A stretch of 64,000 nucleotides of DNA from Amoebophrya sp. A120. Taxonomy: Eukaryota > Protista > Dinoflagellata. Position 1 is the stretch's first letter. Each line of letters opens with the position of its first letter. This document shows, piece by piece, positions 1 to 12,900 of this stretch. The position numbers and the translations under genes were made by a program. Under the pieces are notes generated by a model, which saw only the letters and a program-made list of their open reading frames with translations, ran no database searches and was not told the DNA's origin. The stretch is taken from positions 3,220,158 through 3,284,157 of the forward strand of contig CAJINV010000013.1 of the NCBI GenBank assembly GCA_905178155.1, given 5' to 3'.

Positions 1-1417
1 GGAACTCCAGGAATTCAACAAAAAGCACAAGCACATGCAGTCCGGGGACTTGAACCAGGCAATAACGCAACTACCCGAGATGCAGGAAAGAAAACGATCG
101 TTAGAGATGCACACCAACATAGCGCACTCAATATTGAAGCAGATCCAGAAGCGGGCGTTGGACAGGTAGGGTGCTTAATGATGCTTAATGTGCAGCAGAC
201 GAAGAACTACATGTGCTTGTGCATGATGTGCATCTAGATCATTTACGTTGCGGTGGCCTAATCCCCAAGATTCAATATACCACTAGTGCTTCTACCATAT
301 GCCTCTTTGCACCCAACCCAAAACCAACCCACAGGTTCTACGTCGTCGAAGACCAATATGCGCAGCAATCCGTGCCCAACGCCTACTCCGCACTGGAGGA
401 GCTTCTCAAAGAGGTCCCGAACGCCACGCAGCAAGACAAAATGCGGGCGATACTGGTGCTGTTCTTGACAAAAAGCGCGGTGTATACCAGGAAGGCCGAA
501 GGAGGTCCGGACAACAACAAACTGTCCGATTTGCTTTTCCAACTGGACAAGATCGGCGCGTCAAGAGCACCGCTGGCGTACTTGGAGCACATCGTGAAAA
601 CAACCTGTCACAAGTATAGAGTAGGTCTTTTTGATTGTGGTGATGTTCCAGTATCAGTTTCCGTTGGTCATCGACATGATTGGCATTGTCCAGCGCCTAA
701 CTATTGTTTCTAAAATGCACTACCAGGCCCCAACTTTCCTCCGGCGCGAACGACCTTCAAAACACCATCGCGAACCACGGCCAAGCCGCCCTAGGCCAGG
801 TCATCGGTGGGCAGCACGCGCACGCGGTGGGGCGGATGTTCGGGGGGTTACTCAACCAGGCGGCGGAAGCCACGATGCGGAATCTGGAGAAAATCCTGCC
901 CACGAAACGGGAGTTGCTCACGACAAAGATCGTAAAGACGCTGATGGAGAACAGACCGGATTCGCAGGCGGACAGCTCAGCCGCAAAAGTGGATAACTAC
1001 GTGTACTTGGATCCGAAACTACCGCCGAGCACCAGGGTATTTTAGCTGATTGGAAACAAATGTGCTCACTCTATACCACGAGACGTGTTATTTTATGCTA
1101 GAAGACGCTTGCTGTTACTGTCGTATCTGTATATATTCCTATTCCTCTTTCTTTTGAGAATAAAACTAAAAGTGAGCACCTCGTCCCTACAGGCTGCCGC
1201 GGCTGGGATGAACGCCTCAAGATACCGTGCGAGCTTCAAGAGAAGCATTGTCTGCATGGTCGGCGGCGGGAACTTCGTCGAAGCGCAACAGATGCAGGAA
1301 GCGGCGAAAGAAGTAGGAAAGGAGTGCATTTACGTCGCAACCAATTTCGCATCGCCGGAGCAATTCCTGGAAGAGATAACGACGCTCGGCGCGCAGGGAG
1401 AAGGATGTAGTAGTTGA
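1..1417 (+). CDS. SLY1: Sec1/Munc18 family protein SLY1/SCFD1, 3' part (exons ~1-165, 335-613, 727-1036, 1193-1417)
   Basis: Spliced translation has LPEMQERKRSLEMHTNIA, YVYLDPK and C-terminal IVCMVGGGNFVE...IYVATNFASPEQFLEEITTLG, typical of Sly1. GT-AG introns keep the frame. Confidence 0.88.
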
Positions 1418-1949
1418 TGGGTGTCGACCTCTCTGCGATGAAAGATCAAGATGCTTTTAGTATCACCCCAGACTGGTGTACCCCACCGGATGAACGTGTA
1501 GTCCTCTTTTCTATCATGATTTCTTCGCAATCGCAGCTCGCTTTTCAAGATTATATATTCGCAGCTATTTACTTTGTTAAACTTCAAGCGACCGATTTAC
1601 TGACCGAGGTTGAAGTAATATCACCTGTCTTCGGTTTTGCCCGCTTCGCAGGGTGTCGCATTGATTTATTCGCACGGCGACCTTGGTGCGTTGCGCACGG
1701 GTAGCAGTGAAGATGTGGTGGAATATCAGTTGAGATCAACGCAACAACGAGATCTGCGGCTTCCATGAAGCGGAAGCAGGAACGAATCAAAGAAGACTCG
1801 GAAAATACTTCAGACGTGTCTGCTTCTGTTGCGCGCGTCTTTTTACTTATGTGGGTTTTTTTAGCAGTGTTCGTTTCTATATTGGATAGCGCAAGTCGTT
1901 CGTAGAAAAAGTGAGTACGCAGGTGACCTGGCTCATTGCCACTATTTCG

Positions 1950-3781
1950 CAGATTGCTGCCAGAAAGAAGCGGCCAGGAAGATGACGCGGCCCACAGAGA
2001 GCGAGCCCCCTGCCGTGCGTTCTGCGATAGCCTGCCGGGGAAGGGGATGCCGTGGCTCCTCCGTCGGGCTGGCGTGCCTGGGCAATTTCGTGGGCGCCCG
2101 TGTCGCAGGCCGCACTCGCGCTCCTCTTCTTTCTGCGCGCCGGCCGCCTGCCGGTGTTTGAAGCAAGAGGGTGCGCGCGGCCGCAGGAGCGGCGGTGAGT
2201 GTGGAGCAGGACGCCCGCCGGCCCGGAGCAGCAGCAGGGCCCGCAGGCGCGGCGCTTCGGCAGCTTTGTCGAAGGCCTCGAGGTCTTCCGGGTGCGCACG
2301 CGCGACGGGCTTCGGTATGGGCAATGTGGGCACGCAAAAGCCGTGAAGCAGCCCAGGGCAGGGAGGGCCGGCAGCTTTGCAACGTGGCCGAAGTTGTTCA
2401 CCAAGGACGAAGCGGAAGCCGCCGAAAAGAAGTGAAGGGGACCGACTTGGTCAAGGAGCTCCTTCCGGGTTCGTTTTTCGGGCCAGGGCCGTGGTAATAG
2501 CGCCGCCGGCCTTCGGGCGCTTGTGGGGGAACACGGCCGGCCGGCGCCATTTGGCGGCACTTCCGGGCGCTCGGGCCGCGCGGCCGCAGGCCCCCTCACC
2601 ACGCAGGGCGGCGAAGGTCCTGGGGGCGCCGGGGGCGTTCGTGGTTTCTTTGGCTGGGTGGGCCCATGTGCGAGCTTCGCTCCCTCGTGTGGAGCCGGGG
2701 CAGATCGGGCACGTCGGGCCGCTGCGCTGTCTGCGCCCGCTCTAGCGGGAGATGGCTTGGCCGCGCACGGTGGCGACCGCGCCTTGCCCCCCGCGAAATT
2801 CCCGGGCGGAGCGCCATGGCCTTCCATATTAAGTTTGTTAATAGGTAGCCTCGCCCCGTAGATGGCCCCTATGTCTTCTATTACGAGCGGCAGGCGGCGC
2901 AGATACCCAGCTGCGGGCGTGCGCCGGCCGCCCCCGTCGTGCGTCGTGGCAGTTCGTTGGCTGGCTAGAAAGGCCGGGGGGCGGCCCCTCCCTCGGAGGG
3001 AGGGGCCACCCCCCTTCCGGGGCCGGGCGCCTCGCCATCGGTCGTTGACTTGGCCGAGGCCGAGCGTTTCACTCGTCCGGGAGTATGCGCGCCGGGCCGC
3101 GGAGAATTTATGCTATCCGCGGAAGCATTCGCCAATGGCTGCGCTGCGGAAGCTCCCGGCCCCCCTATCTTACTTGCGGGGAGGGCCTCCCCGCCGGGGC
3201 GCGGCCTGCGCCCGTCTCGTGGTCCCCGCCGCGCAGCGGGCCGGGCCCGCCGCTTACTTTTGCGCGTCGGCCGCCGCCCGGGCATCGTCCGTGGCCCGCC
3301 TTTCGCGGCCGACGGAGTTCTCGGGATTGGTGTGCGAGGGCATCGCGTGGTGGCTTTGCATTTCCAGACGGCGCGCCCTGGCGCCCCGCTACGTGAAGGA
3401 GCATAATGGTGGGGCAGGGCGACGGGGCTTGTTGATGCGCGAGCACCCCACCCCCCGGCGGCCGGGTTTTTCTTTGCCCCGCCTGTGGCGCCCGCTCGCG
3501 CGTCTGCAACTGAAGTACTTGGCGCAGCCCGTGCCCGCCTCGGGCCCTGGGCAACAGCCAGGGTCCGCGTGGCGCCCCGTGTTGTTCTTTCCGTAGATGT
3601 TCACGCCATGGCGCGTCAGTGGGTCTTGCGCAATCAGTGGTCAGAGGCCCGCCAGGGGCGTGATGTTCTTGCAGCCCCCGCGGGGGCGTTCTTGCAATAT
3701 AGGCACGTGGCGTTGTGTTGGTTTTCCTTTTTGTGCTGGAGCGCTATATTCTATTTGCAACTTCTAGTTCTAGTTCTAACA
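1950..3781 (+). mobile_element. Degenerate Ty1/copia LTR retrotransposon relic (RT-RNase H, possible PPT and 3' LTR at 3661-3781), very GC-rich
   Basis: Copia-like motif remnants occur in the correct order across frames: LTTQG...SFAP (~2595-2685), SAMAFHIKF...DGPYVFYY (~2810-2885), SLTW...FTRPG (~3040-3085), ALRKL...YLRG, SSVA...TEF, RALAPRY. These are followed by purine-rich AGGGGCG|TG...TAACA. The 5' boundary is approximate. Confidence 0.7.
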
Positions 3782-4092
3782 TCGACAGTTTCAGGAGAGA
3801 GCTGCAGACCCCGCCCTCGGAGGTGGTCGGGAAAGTTGAAACTCGTTTTCGCTAACGCGAACGAAGGTTGAGGAGGCAGCGTAGGTCTTCCGCAGACGCG
3901 AGCGAAGGTTGTCGTGATGATCGAAAAAAACGATAAGAGAGAAGAGCAGAGGAAGTTGAGAGAGGCTTGCAACAGCTTGTATCCTGCACTTCTTTGTTGC
4001 TTCACCAAGGAAGCAGGATCAGGAAGCCGACAAGTGGCGAGGACTGAGATTACTACCAAAAGTTACACCGCAGTCAAACTTTTCGTCTAAAG

Positions 4093-4947
4093 ATGGCCGA
4101 AGCCGAGGTCGAAGAGGAACAGGGTCCAATCATCTACGGCCCGGACGAGTTCAGGTTAAAAAGCATCGGCGCAACCTACAAGGGTCAGTATCTGAAGAAT
4201 GAGGAAGGTACTTTCTGCATTTTTGGTGTAAGTACGAATTTCAAACATTAACATGTTAGTTGCGCTGCGACTGAGCTAGTATAGCATGTTCCGAGCCCGA
4301 AGTATGAACAACAACAAACTTTGCGGGTCTAATCAATAAAGCGAAATCGATTCCGCAGGTGAGCCCATCCTCCACGGCGAAGGCGAGTACAAAATCGGCC
4401 CAGAGCGATTTGCTGGCACTTTCGACAACGGTCTGTTCGTCTCCGGGGTGTACGAATCGCGAAACGGGCACAAGTACGAGGGTCCGTTTGTCGACAACAA
4501 ATTTCACGGCGTCGGGACGTATTCCTGGCCGGGCGGGAGAAAATTTCAGGGGGAATTTCGAGACGGAAAACTGTTCGACGGGGAGTTCCAGGGCTTTGTC
4601 ACGCTCGACGAACTCAGGAAGACACAGGTATTTTTGACGACTTTCACAATTTTGCCGGTTCTTGGCGGTTATCGCCCATGATCCTCGGCTGTTTCTTGAT
4701 ACTATTGCGCTTTGACAATGACAGAATCGAACATGAAGGTGAGTGGCCACTTCTTTCTCAAAAAAATATCAACTATCAGGCTGAGGCCGAGGTGAACAAG
4801 TCCGCGCAGAAGAGAATAGAATTCGGGCGCGATTGTTTCGCCGGACTAATCGTAGACCAGTGTTTTGATAGTAATCCAAAAAAGCAGCTGGAATGGAGAA
4901 AAGCAGCAGAGGCTGCAGCCGAAGGGGCGGAGGGGGCAGAGGCGTGA
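4093..4947 (+). CDS. MORN-repeat protein (exons 4093-4207, 4359-4627, 4780-4947)
   Basis: MORN motifs YKGQY...HGEGEY, YEGPFVDNKFHGVGTYSWPGGRKFQGEFRDG; in-frame GT-AG introns. Confidence 0.85.
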
Positions 4948-5523
4948 GGAGGAGGCTTTGCGAAAACGCACCTTGAGCAGAAGTTTAAACAAAGTTTCGA
5001 TGCCACCGAATTCAAAGAACTCGATCCGACACAACACGTTTCGACTTTTTACCACCGAAGATACGCGATGTTGTACTACTGTCTAGCGCGCACAAGGTTG
5101 ATGGGCAAGGGAGTCCATTTCTGATTTTGATCAATTTTGACGCAAAGCCTGTTCTTTGCGCAAACAACACTCCGGCTGCGTGCATCGACGCCATGCTGAT
5201 TACAAACATGATTTCTCCATCTCTGAGAGCGTCAAAGAAGACAAGATGGCACTGGGGACCAAGAGACGACTACAAGTGGTAGTAGGAGCGTGACCGTATA
5301 GCTTCTGTGTCTCGGTCAGTGCACCTGCACGTATTAAGTGCATCTTCAGCCTCACTCTCATTTCTGTCGTTCTCGTTGTCGTCATGCCAAAATGAGTCAA
5401 GTTCTACTTTGTGTTTTCGGTTGACGCCACCGACTCCATGTAAAACGAAGAGGCAGGCCTCCACATCACCAGAGGAGACCACTCTGAGGCTCAGCCTTTT
5501 GAAGCTGAAGGATCTTGTTGAAA

Positions 5524-7247
5524 ATGAAGTCTATGTTCAAGTATGGAGCAGAAGTGAATGACGCGGTCGATGACGATTTTTCTTCTTTGAAACAGAACCT
5601 TAACAGCATGATGGACCTTTCCAACTGGACGAAGTTTAAATCCAACAAGGGGAACGAGCACCCGGAACAGGACAACAACATTGGAGTTGGAAACCAGCCG
5701 GGCAGTGCCTTCCTCCACCAGCAGCCCATGGCCATGGCGGACGGTTCGGATTCAATTCCCGCCGCCATCCCCGCCCCGCAGGGGATCAGCTTTCCGCAGA
5801 CAACAGGCGGGCATTTTCACCCGGGCGGGATCGCGGCCGGGCAGCCCGGGTCGTTGCTCAGCGGCGCCGCGGCTCCCGGTGTCGTGAGTGGCGCCGGGCC
5901 GCTGACAAAGGGAGCGAATTTTACGGGCATCACGTACCAGGCGAATTTGCGCGAGTTTCAACCCAACCACCGACTCGATGACTTGGGCAGGAATGTGGTC
6001 GGGGCGGCGGGGGGAGGGGGTGCCCTACCCGGAGTGGGAACCGCGCCGCCAGCGACGTACAAAGGACCCATGGGACTGTCGATGCCGGTGCTGAAGCCAG
6101 TGCAGGGGTTGACGGGTAATGCTTGCCATGGGATGTTGACACAGCGAAATCAACATCAAGAGCACTTTCTGCCGTAGTTGCTGCAAATGCAAATGCGTAT
6201 GCATCTGGGTAACTCTACCGTGCATCTACATGCAAAAATGAAAATCAATACCAGGTCCTGCCGCTGCTCCCGGAGTCATTCTTCCGCAAACCGGCGCACT
6301 GGGAATGCCAGCAGTGTCCTCTGGGCAATTGCCACCAGAACCACCCCTCCCTACCGAAGAGGATACCGAGATGGCTCATTTGAAGGCGGTGAGAAGGAGA
6401 TGCGGACTGAATCTGGTACTTACACTTAGGATAAATAAATTCCATATCCAGATGTTTCGTTATACATATTATGGAAGACGACACGGAAATCGATGTCCAT
6501 CGCACTCTCTACCGCGACCTGCTGTGAGCATGAAAAATGGAAGCATTTTCGCGATACACGTTGACCCAGGTCCCCGCCGCGGTCGCTGTTCAGACCTTTC
6601 GACAAATGGCCCGGGAGAAGAGGTTAGACAACAACACCTTCCGCCAGGGGTATACTGAGGTCCTCGCAAAGTGCCGGATGGAGCCCCCGCCACCAAACAC
6701 AATGGACGAAGTTTTCAAGATCTTCGACAAAGACCACAATGGCGTTGTCGACCCACTTGAATTGTGCTGCGGTACTAGTGCTTAGCGAACGGGCTGGTTT
6801 TGATGCATCATCCGGTCTGTCATCTGTGACTGTGTATTCTGCCAGCGCATGACAAAAGCAAAACTCTGTTTAAATACGAAGTGTGGCTGTTGACATTACT
6901 TGACTCCAGGTATCGCTCTCTTCTGCCAGGGAACGGAGGAGGACAAAATCCATGCAATTTTCGACTGTTTCGATGACGAGGGCGTTTTGACCAACGACGA
7001 GCTCTGGACCGTTTTGACCGCAATTTACAAGGTGGTCCTGACGCCGAGCGTGTTACAGGCGATGAAAAACCTCGGATACGACATCGACGGCGCAGAAGAT
7101 TTGGCCAGCGTGACCACGCTGGAGTGCTTCAAACAGGCGGAGGTGAACGCGGAGGGGAAAATGAACGTGGAAGACTTCAAGGCGTGGTTTTACGCCCCGA
7201 AAAACGATCCGAACTTCATGTACGACGTGGGCAGGCTGTTGCAGTGA
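5524..7247 (+). CDS. EF-hand calcium-binding protein (NCS/calcineurin-B-like C-terminus, low-complexity N-terminus); exons 5524-6115, 6255-6415, 6570-6771, 6910-7247
   Basis: FKIFDKDHNGVVDPLEL, EEDKIHAIFDCFD, AEVNAEGKMNVEDF; three GT-AG introns in matching phases. Confidence 0.85.
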
Positions 7248-7719
7248 GCGACGTGGATGATTTTGTGGTGAAGCTTTGACTTCATCAGTACTGGTCGGAT
7301 GAAGTGACATGGATGATATTGCGATTCATCACAGACATGCGAACGTTTGTTTCGGAAAGATAGAGCAACACGAAGAAGACATGTAGATGCACAGATGAAC
7401 TCTTTTAGTTTTATCTTTCAAGTACTGCAATCTATGCTGACGCCCCTCTAGCTTGTCGTGAAGGAAAGCCTATAAGCTGGCGCACTGATTTTGAAAGCGT
7501 CGCGCGTCATTCATCTCCGCTAGGAACTAAAATCCAAGATACAGATGACAGCGAGCAGGTGCATGGACGCATCGCACGTTTTTGATTCTAGTACGAAAAG
7601 GAAGCGCCGGGTCGGAGCGCCATTCACTGGTCTCGATTGGTTGTAGTGTATTGCAGGTGTTCCCTTTTCTTTGTTTTGCATGCAAAATAAGACGATACGG
7701 CGAGCAGGGGATGACCTCA

Positions 7720-9420
7720 GCTCAGGGACCGGTTAGCACTCTTAACGGAGAGCGATGGTGGCGACCTCCAGCGCCAGCTATTGCGGTCACAGAAATTGCC
7801 CACGCACCTGAGAGAAGCAGTCTGCGCCGTGATGCTTTACGCAATCCACGGCAAGCCGCGCGCAGCCCGACTACCGCCGGGCGCTTTTATGACCCCGCTG
7901 GTGCTCTTCTGGCGCAGTCCCACTGTCGGGCATGCTTGCGCTCCCCGTGTGCCCCGCGGCTATGGGCTACAGGGCAGGCGTGTGACGTCCTGGGCATACA
8001 GCCCCCCGGACGCCGTAGGCTTCTCGAATGCCCGGAACCTGGCCCAGAACATTGGAGGATGGGCACGGGGGTCGCCAGCACGACGCCAGCGCGATCGCCA
8101 TGGTTGTCGGGGCAAGCTTCGAAGAGGCGGCGCCGCCCTAGCTGCGTAAGGCCGGGCCGTTTCGCTGTTTAGACGCCGGGGCCAGGCGCCCGGCGCTCTG
8201 CCTGGTCGGTCGCGTGCTAATAAATTTGGCCAGGCGGGGCCCTTCGCGCAGACACTTGGGGGCTGGGTGGCGTAAGGCGGAGGACACTGCGCGGGACCAA
8301 CGACACGCAGATGGCAGCCAAGCCGCGCCCGTTGTTGACGGCCGGGCGACGCGCAAGATGTGGGCCCTTCTTTGCTTTGGCGCGCCAGATTTCGCCGCGT
8401 CGGGGCCACAGGGACAGGCGCATGGATGGCGCTGCGCGGCATCAGCAAGGCGATTGCCCCTCGGAGCAAGAAGCGCGCAGCGCGAAACCCCTCCTCCGGC
8501 AGCGACAGCGCCGCGAGCGACAGATCTGGACTGGTCTGTTGTGCTAGTCATAGGCGGCGCGCTTCGCGGCTCCGGTTGAAAAGGTAGTCGGAGGCGCTTG
8601 CGTTGCAGAGGTATGCTGCCAATCGGGCACGCAAGCGGAAGCGGCCCGGCGCGGCCTGTGTTTCTTGGACGCACGGGCGGGGCGGCTCGTGCTTTTTCGA
8701 TGGGGCGGCCGGCCCGCGGCAAAGAAGCCGCGGAGCTCGCTGGCGCCCCGCCCCCTGTTCATTCATTGTCCGCGGCAAGGCGGTGGCGGGCCGCGCGAGA
8801 GAAGAGCCGGGAAAGAAAGCGCCCCGGCGCCGGATCGATGGAAGCGAAAATCAAAGAACTGCGAGGGGCATGCCCGGCCTACCCCACCTTCCCGGCCGGC
8901 CGGCGCGGGCGTCGCCGTCGGTAAGTCTTCGCCCGCCGCCCCGGCCCCCGTGTCTTTTCTTCGGCCCGGGCGGCCTTGCGCCATTTCACGCGGCAGCCGG
9001 CCCCCCGCGCTTGGCCGCCCTGTCGCCCCCTGCCTGCCCCCGCCGGCCGGCGTGGCGCGTTGGCAGGCTCCCTCGCAGCTGGCCCTCGCCGCCCGCAGGG
9101 TGGCCGGCCCTCCCTCTTCCTTGCGTCGTGTGTGACGCGCCTCAGCTGCTTGGCCGGCCGGGCGGGGGGCTAGGCCCGGGCGGCTGGCCTTTTAGGCCCT
9201 GTGGGAAGGATGGAAGGAGGTTGCGCCCGGTTGAGCCCGCCCCTCCTTTGTAGAGGGTGTGCAATATGGGCAGCGAGCGACGCAAGCTTGCGATGGGTCG
9301 CCTTTGGCGCCCCTGATAGAACGATAGGCAGAAGTGGACGGTCGCAGCGCCGTGTTTGTGGTGGATTTCAGCACTGTCCGTGCATGGCTTTCGCCTGAAG
9401 CCCGCCGGCCCCTTTGTGGA
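7720..9420 (+). mobile_element. Degenerate Ty1/copia relic (integrase to RT), very GC-rich
   Basis: Integrase-like NGERWWR and LPTHLREAV...YAIH..P...TPL.LFW (~7740-7915), RT-like AGRLVL (~8680), SDASL (~9275) and AVFVVDF (~9350, cf. YVDD). Boundaries approximate. Confidence 0.6.
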
Positions 9421-9947
9421 TGGCTCATCCTGCGACCGCCTCTAGCAGTATCTATTGGCTTTAACCCGTCGGGGCGGAGAAGAAGAAGTGTTCGTCTTTC
9501 GTCCTTCCAGTACGTAGGTAATATCATGATGTCACGACCGGGCCTCCCTTTTGGTCTTGCAGTGCTTCGCGTATCGTTTCTAAAGATAAACACAGCGATC
9601 GGCGTCGAGGGTGTGTTGTGGACCGAGCGGCACTTTTTTGCATTTGATTTATTCTGTTCCTTTTGTGGTTACTTGTTGTTTGCGCTGCTCATCGCAGGAG
9701 AGGCTTCTGATCTTCACCGTTGTTTTGTTACCAGCAGGTGGCGGGCGGACCTGCAGCTGAGTTACGATGAAAGGTATGTCGCATACAGTTCATCATGGGC
9801 ATAATCCGACCCACTGCCGGCACCACCTTACTCATGGTGTGCTATAGCTCTACTTCCTGGTAGAAACTGGAGCGGAGACTGGTTAGCGCGGCACCTACAA
9901 GATCTTCGGACCACGCGAGCTTCTCCTTCTGGAAGAATTGATTCGTC

Positions 9948-12900
9948 ATGCCGTTTAACAAGATCAAGTCCTTTTTGCGGTCTCTGACCGCCAACCGGGG
10001 CTCGGCGTCCGGCAAATTTTCCCAGTCCGGGAGCATCCAGAGCAATGACCAAACTGGCCAACAGAACGCGAAGGAGCACCAACTGCAGAGCAAAGATGAG
10101 GTCGATATTCGGGACGTGTACGACATCGGGCGGATTCTCGGCTCCGGAAGCTTCGGGCAGGTCCGGGAAGCCAGGTGTCGACAGGGCGGAGATGTCCGTG
10201 CGGTCAAGATTGTCGAGGCAGATGACACGGATGGGGAGTGGTACCTCAGTACTTGGGTGTAGAGGACGAGGACGTTTTTTTCTCATGCTCTGAGTCGTAA
10301 AAAACAAAAAGTAGCCACACCACTCTGCTCTCTCTTGCTCACTTGAACTATGTATGCAATCGCCAATGCAAATTGATGAAGGTCCCGTCAAGTCGTGTTT
10401 GTCCGGGAGGTGGGGCTTTTACAGCAGTTAGACCACGAGAACATCGTGAAGTTCTACGATTTTTTCGAGGACCCCGACTTTTACTACATTGTCATGGAGT
10501 TCTACACCGGCGGGGAACTGTTCCAGCGAATTTTGGAAGTCAAGCGCTTCAGTGAATGCGACGCTGCCTTTCTCGGGTTCCAAATGCTGCTGGCCCTGGA
10601 ATACATTCACAGCTTGAGGATCGTGCATCGGGACGTGAAGGTACTAGTCTTGTCGAAAGAGCGTGAAAACCGATGCAAAATATTTTTTCACTGTTGCCGT
10701 ACTTTGTGATGCAAACTGTCCCTCATGCTCGAAATACGATTCGAATCCTCATCCCAGCGGACTATTGAATAAACACCATCAGGCCGAAAACTTCCTGTTC
10801 ACATCTCCCGGCAGTATCTACAACACGCCGCTGAAGCTGATCGACTTCGGCATGGCCGTAAAACGGGATACAGAAGTCCTCCACGAGCTCTGCGGCTCAC
10901 CGCACTACCTCGCGCCAGAATTGATCGGACAGCAATACAACCATTTGGTGGACTTGTGGGCTCTCGGCGTGTTACTCTACCTCCTGCTCTACGGTCGGTA
11001 CCCGTATGACGCAAAGGACCCCCAGGAGCTGATGGTGAAGATTTTGACGGAGAAAGTTGAGTGGCGGCACCCCAGAGCGAAAATCGGGGATGCGGCGAAG
11101 CAATTCTTGAATTGCTTGCTCGATCGCGATGTTAGGACCAGGTAGCGTACTTGTTTAAGTACTTGTTCTTGTACTAAAAATAGACCTATGCCATGTGCAC
11201 TAGCTGCTGCTGCTCACGTCGTGAAGATTCTGTAGTCATGCAGAATGAATGTGAGTGCGGAACAAGAACAACGCTTGTCAAGCCATGCGAGCCAGCACGT
11301 CGAGGAGTCGAAATCTCACCCTGTAGGTACACGTCAGTGAAGGCGATGAAGCAGAACTGGATCGTGCAGAACATGCTGCGAGTCGAAACGCACATCAAGC
11401 CGGTGAACAAAACCAACATCCTTGCCTTGAAGTACATCCAAGACCTAATCCGCGATGGAAAACGGGTGATGCCACTCAGCAGACACGGAAGCAAGGAGCT
11501 CGCAGAGCCGCCGGATGGTACCTCCAAGTGGTGGCTCTCTTCTTCAACTCCCGCCTTGTGTCTTTAGTGAATTGTTGCACATTGATTCCGTTGATGTGTG
11601 TTACTCCCTTTGGAGGCAGCCAATCAGAAATTCGAATACCAGGCGCTCAGCAAGACAAATCCGGCGCCAAAGACAGCAAATCTGACAACAATCGGAACAA
11701 GGGTGACAAGAAGCTCAATGCGCCGCCGCCCAACGCGCAGAGCAGCAATCGGGGGGAAAGGGAGAAGCAGACTTCCGGATCGTCTTCCAAAGGGAAAGAT
11801 AAAGTAGAAACGAAAGAAACCACAGCAGTGCCTGCAAGTGGTGCCGGCGGTTCTACGTCATCCACCGCAAAGGCCAAAGACACGACGACTGCGGTCGAGG
11901 ACAAAGGAGCAACCGCAGCAGCAGGACCAACGACCGCAACAGCAGCGGCGTCGCAGCTCGCGGCGCTTTCCTCCCCCCAGGAATCCAACGCCAGTCGCGT
12001 CACGGGCCCCTCTGTTCCTGCTATGTCGGAGGCGTCTGCGTCGACCAAGTGCCTGTACCCGATGCGAGATGACAGCTCCGCCAGGGAAACGCAGGAACAG
12101 CCGCCATCCAGTGTACCGAGCAAAGTGACGCAGGTGGAACCGGGCATAGCTGGTTGTGAGAACAAAGAGGAGGAAACGCGGACGTATGGGGACAAGGAGA
12201 AACAGTACCAAAAAGACGAAAAACAGGCCGCCGCGGACTACATGGCGGAATTGACCGCGAATGCGAAGCGAAAGTCCTTGGCATTGCTGGAGTTGAATAA
12301 GGCCCAGAAGGATTTGCAAAGTGGTGCAAATAAAGCAGGTGCAGAAAACTCCGCAATCGGTGGTTCTTTGCAATACAATGTCGACCCAAATCAGCTACTG
12401 ATCGGCGGAACAATGTCCTCCTCCTCCACTTCGCAGCAAACGCCCGCTTTGCCGGCGAACAAAGTAGTAGCTACAACAGCAGCACAAAAATCTGGTGCAG
12501 CTGCTGATGTCAATGCCACTTTGTTGAAAGACCACGAACCGGGCGCGAAGGCTGAAAAACTGAAAGATGGAGAGAAGTCTGCAAAGGAGCCACCAGATGA
12601 CACCACTAGCCAAATAGACAAACAGGGTCCCGCCCTCGTCCTCGAGGAGAAAGAGCAACAGCCCGAAGCAGAGCCAGAGGCGGCGTTGCACACTCAACAA
12701 CATGAGCATCCCGGGACCGCAACTCCCCCAGCAGCAGCCGCAGAAAGCCCGACCGGCACCGGGGTTTTGCAAATCGATCAGAAAAAGCTGGACGAGCAGA
12801 GCCCCTCGGTTTCGAAGAAATCTTCGGAAAAGTCGGAAGATTCCGACGAGGAGGAGTCTGACCGAGACCAGGTGCATTTTGACGAAACCTTCGACTACGA

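Noticed and set aside
1584-3871. Many overlapping Arg/Pro/Gly/Ala-rich ORFs on both strands (also 7582-9400 and 47350-49189)
   Set aside because: Stop-codon depletion in GC-rich TE relics; the motifs are scattered across frames.
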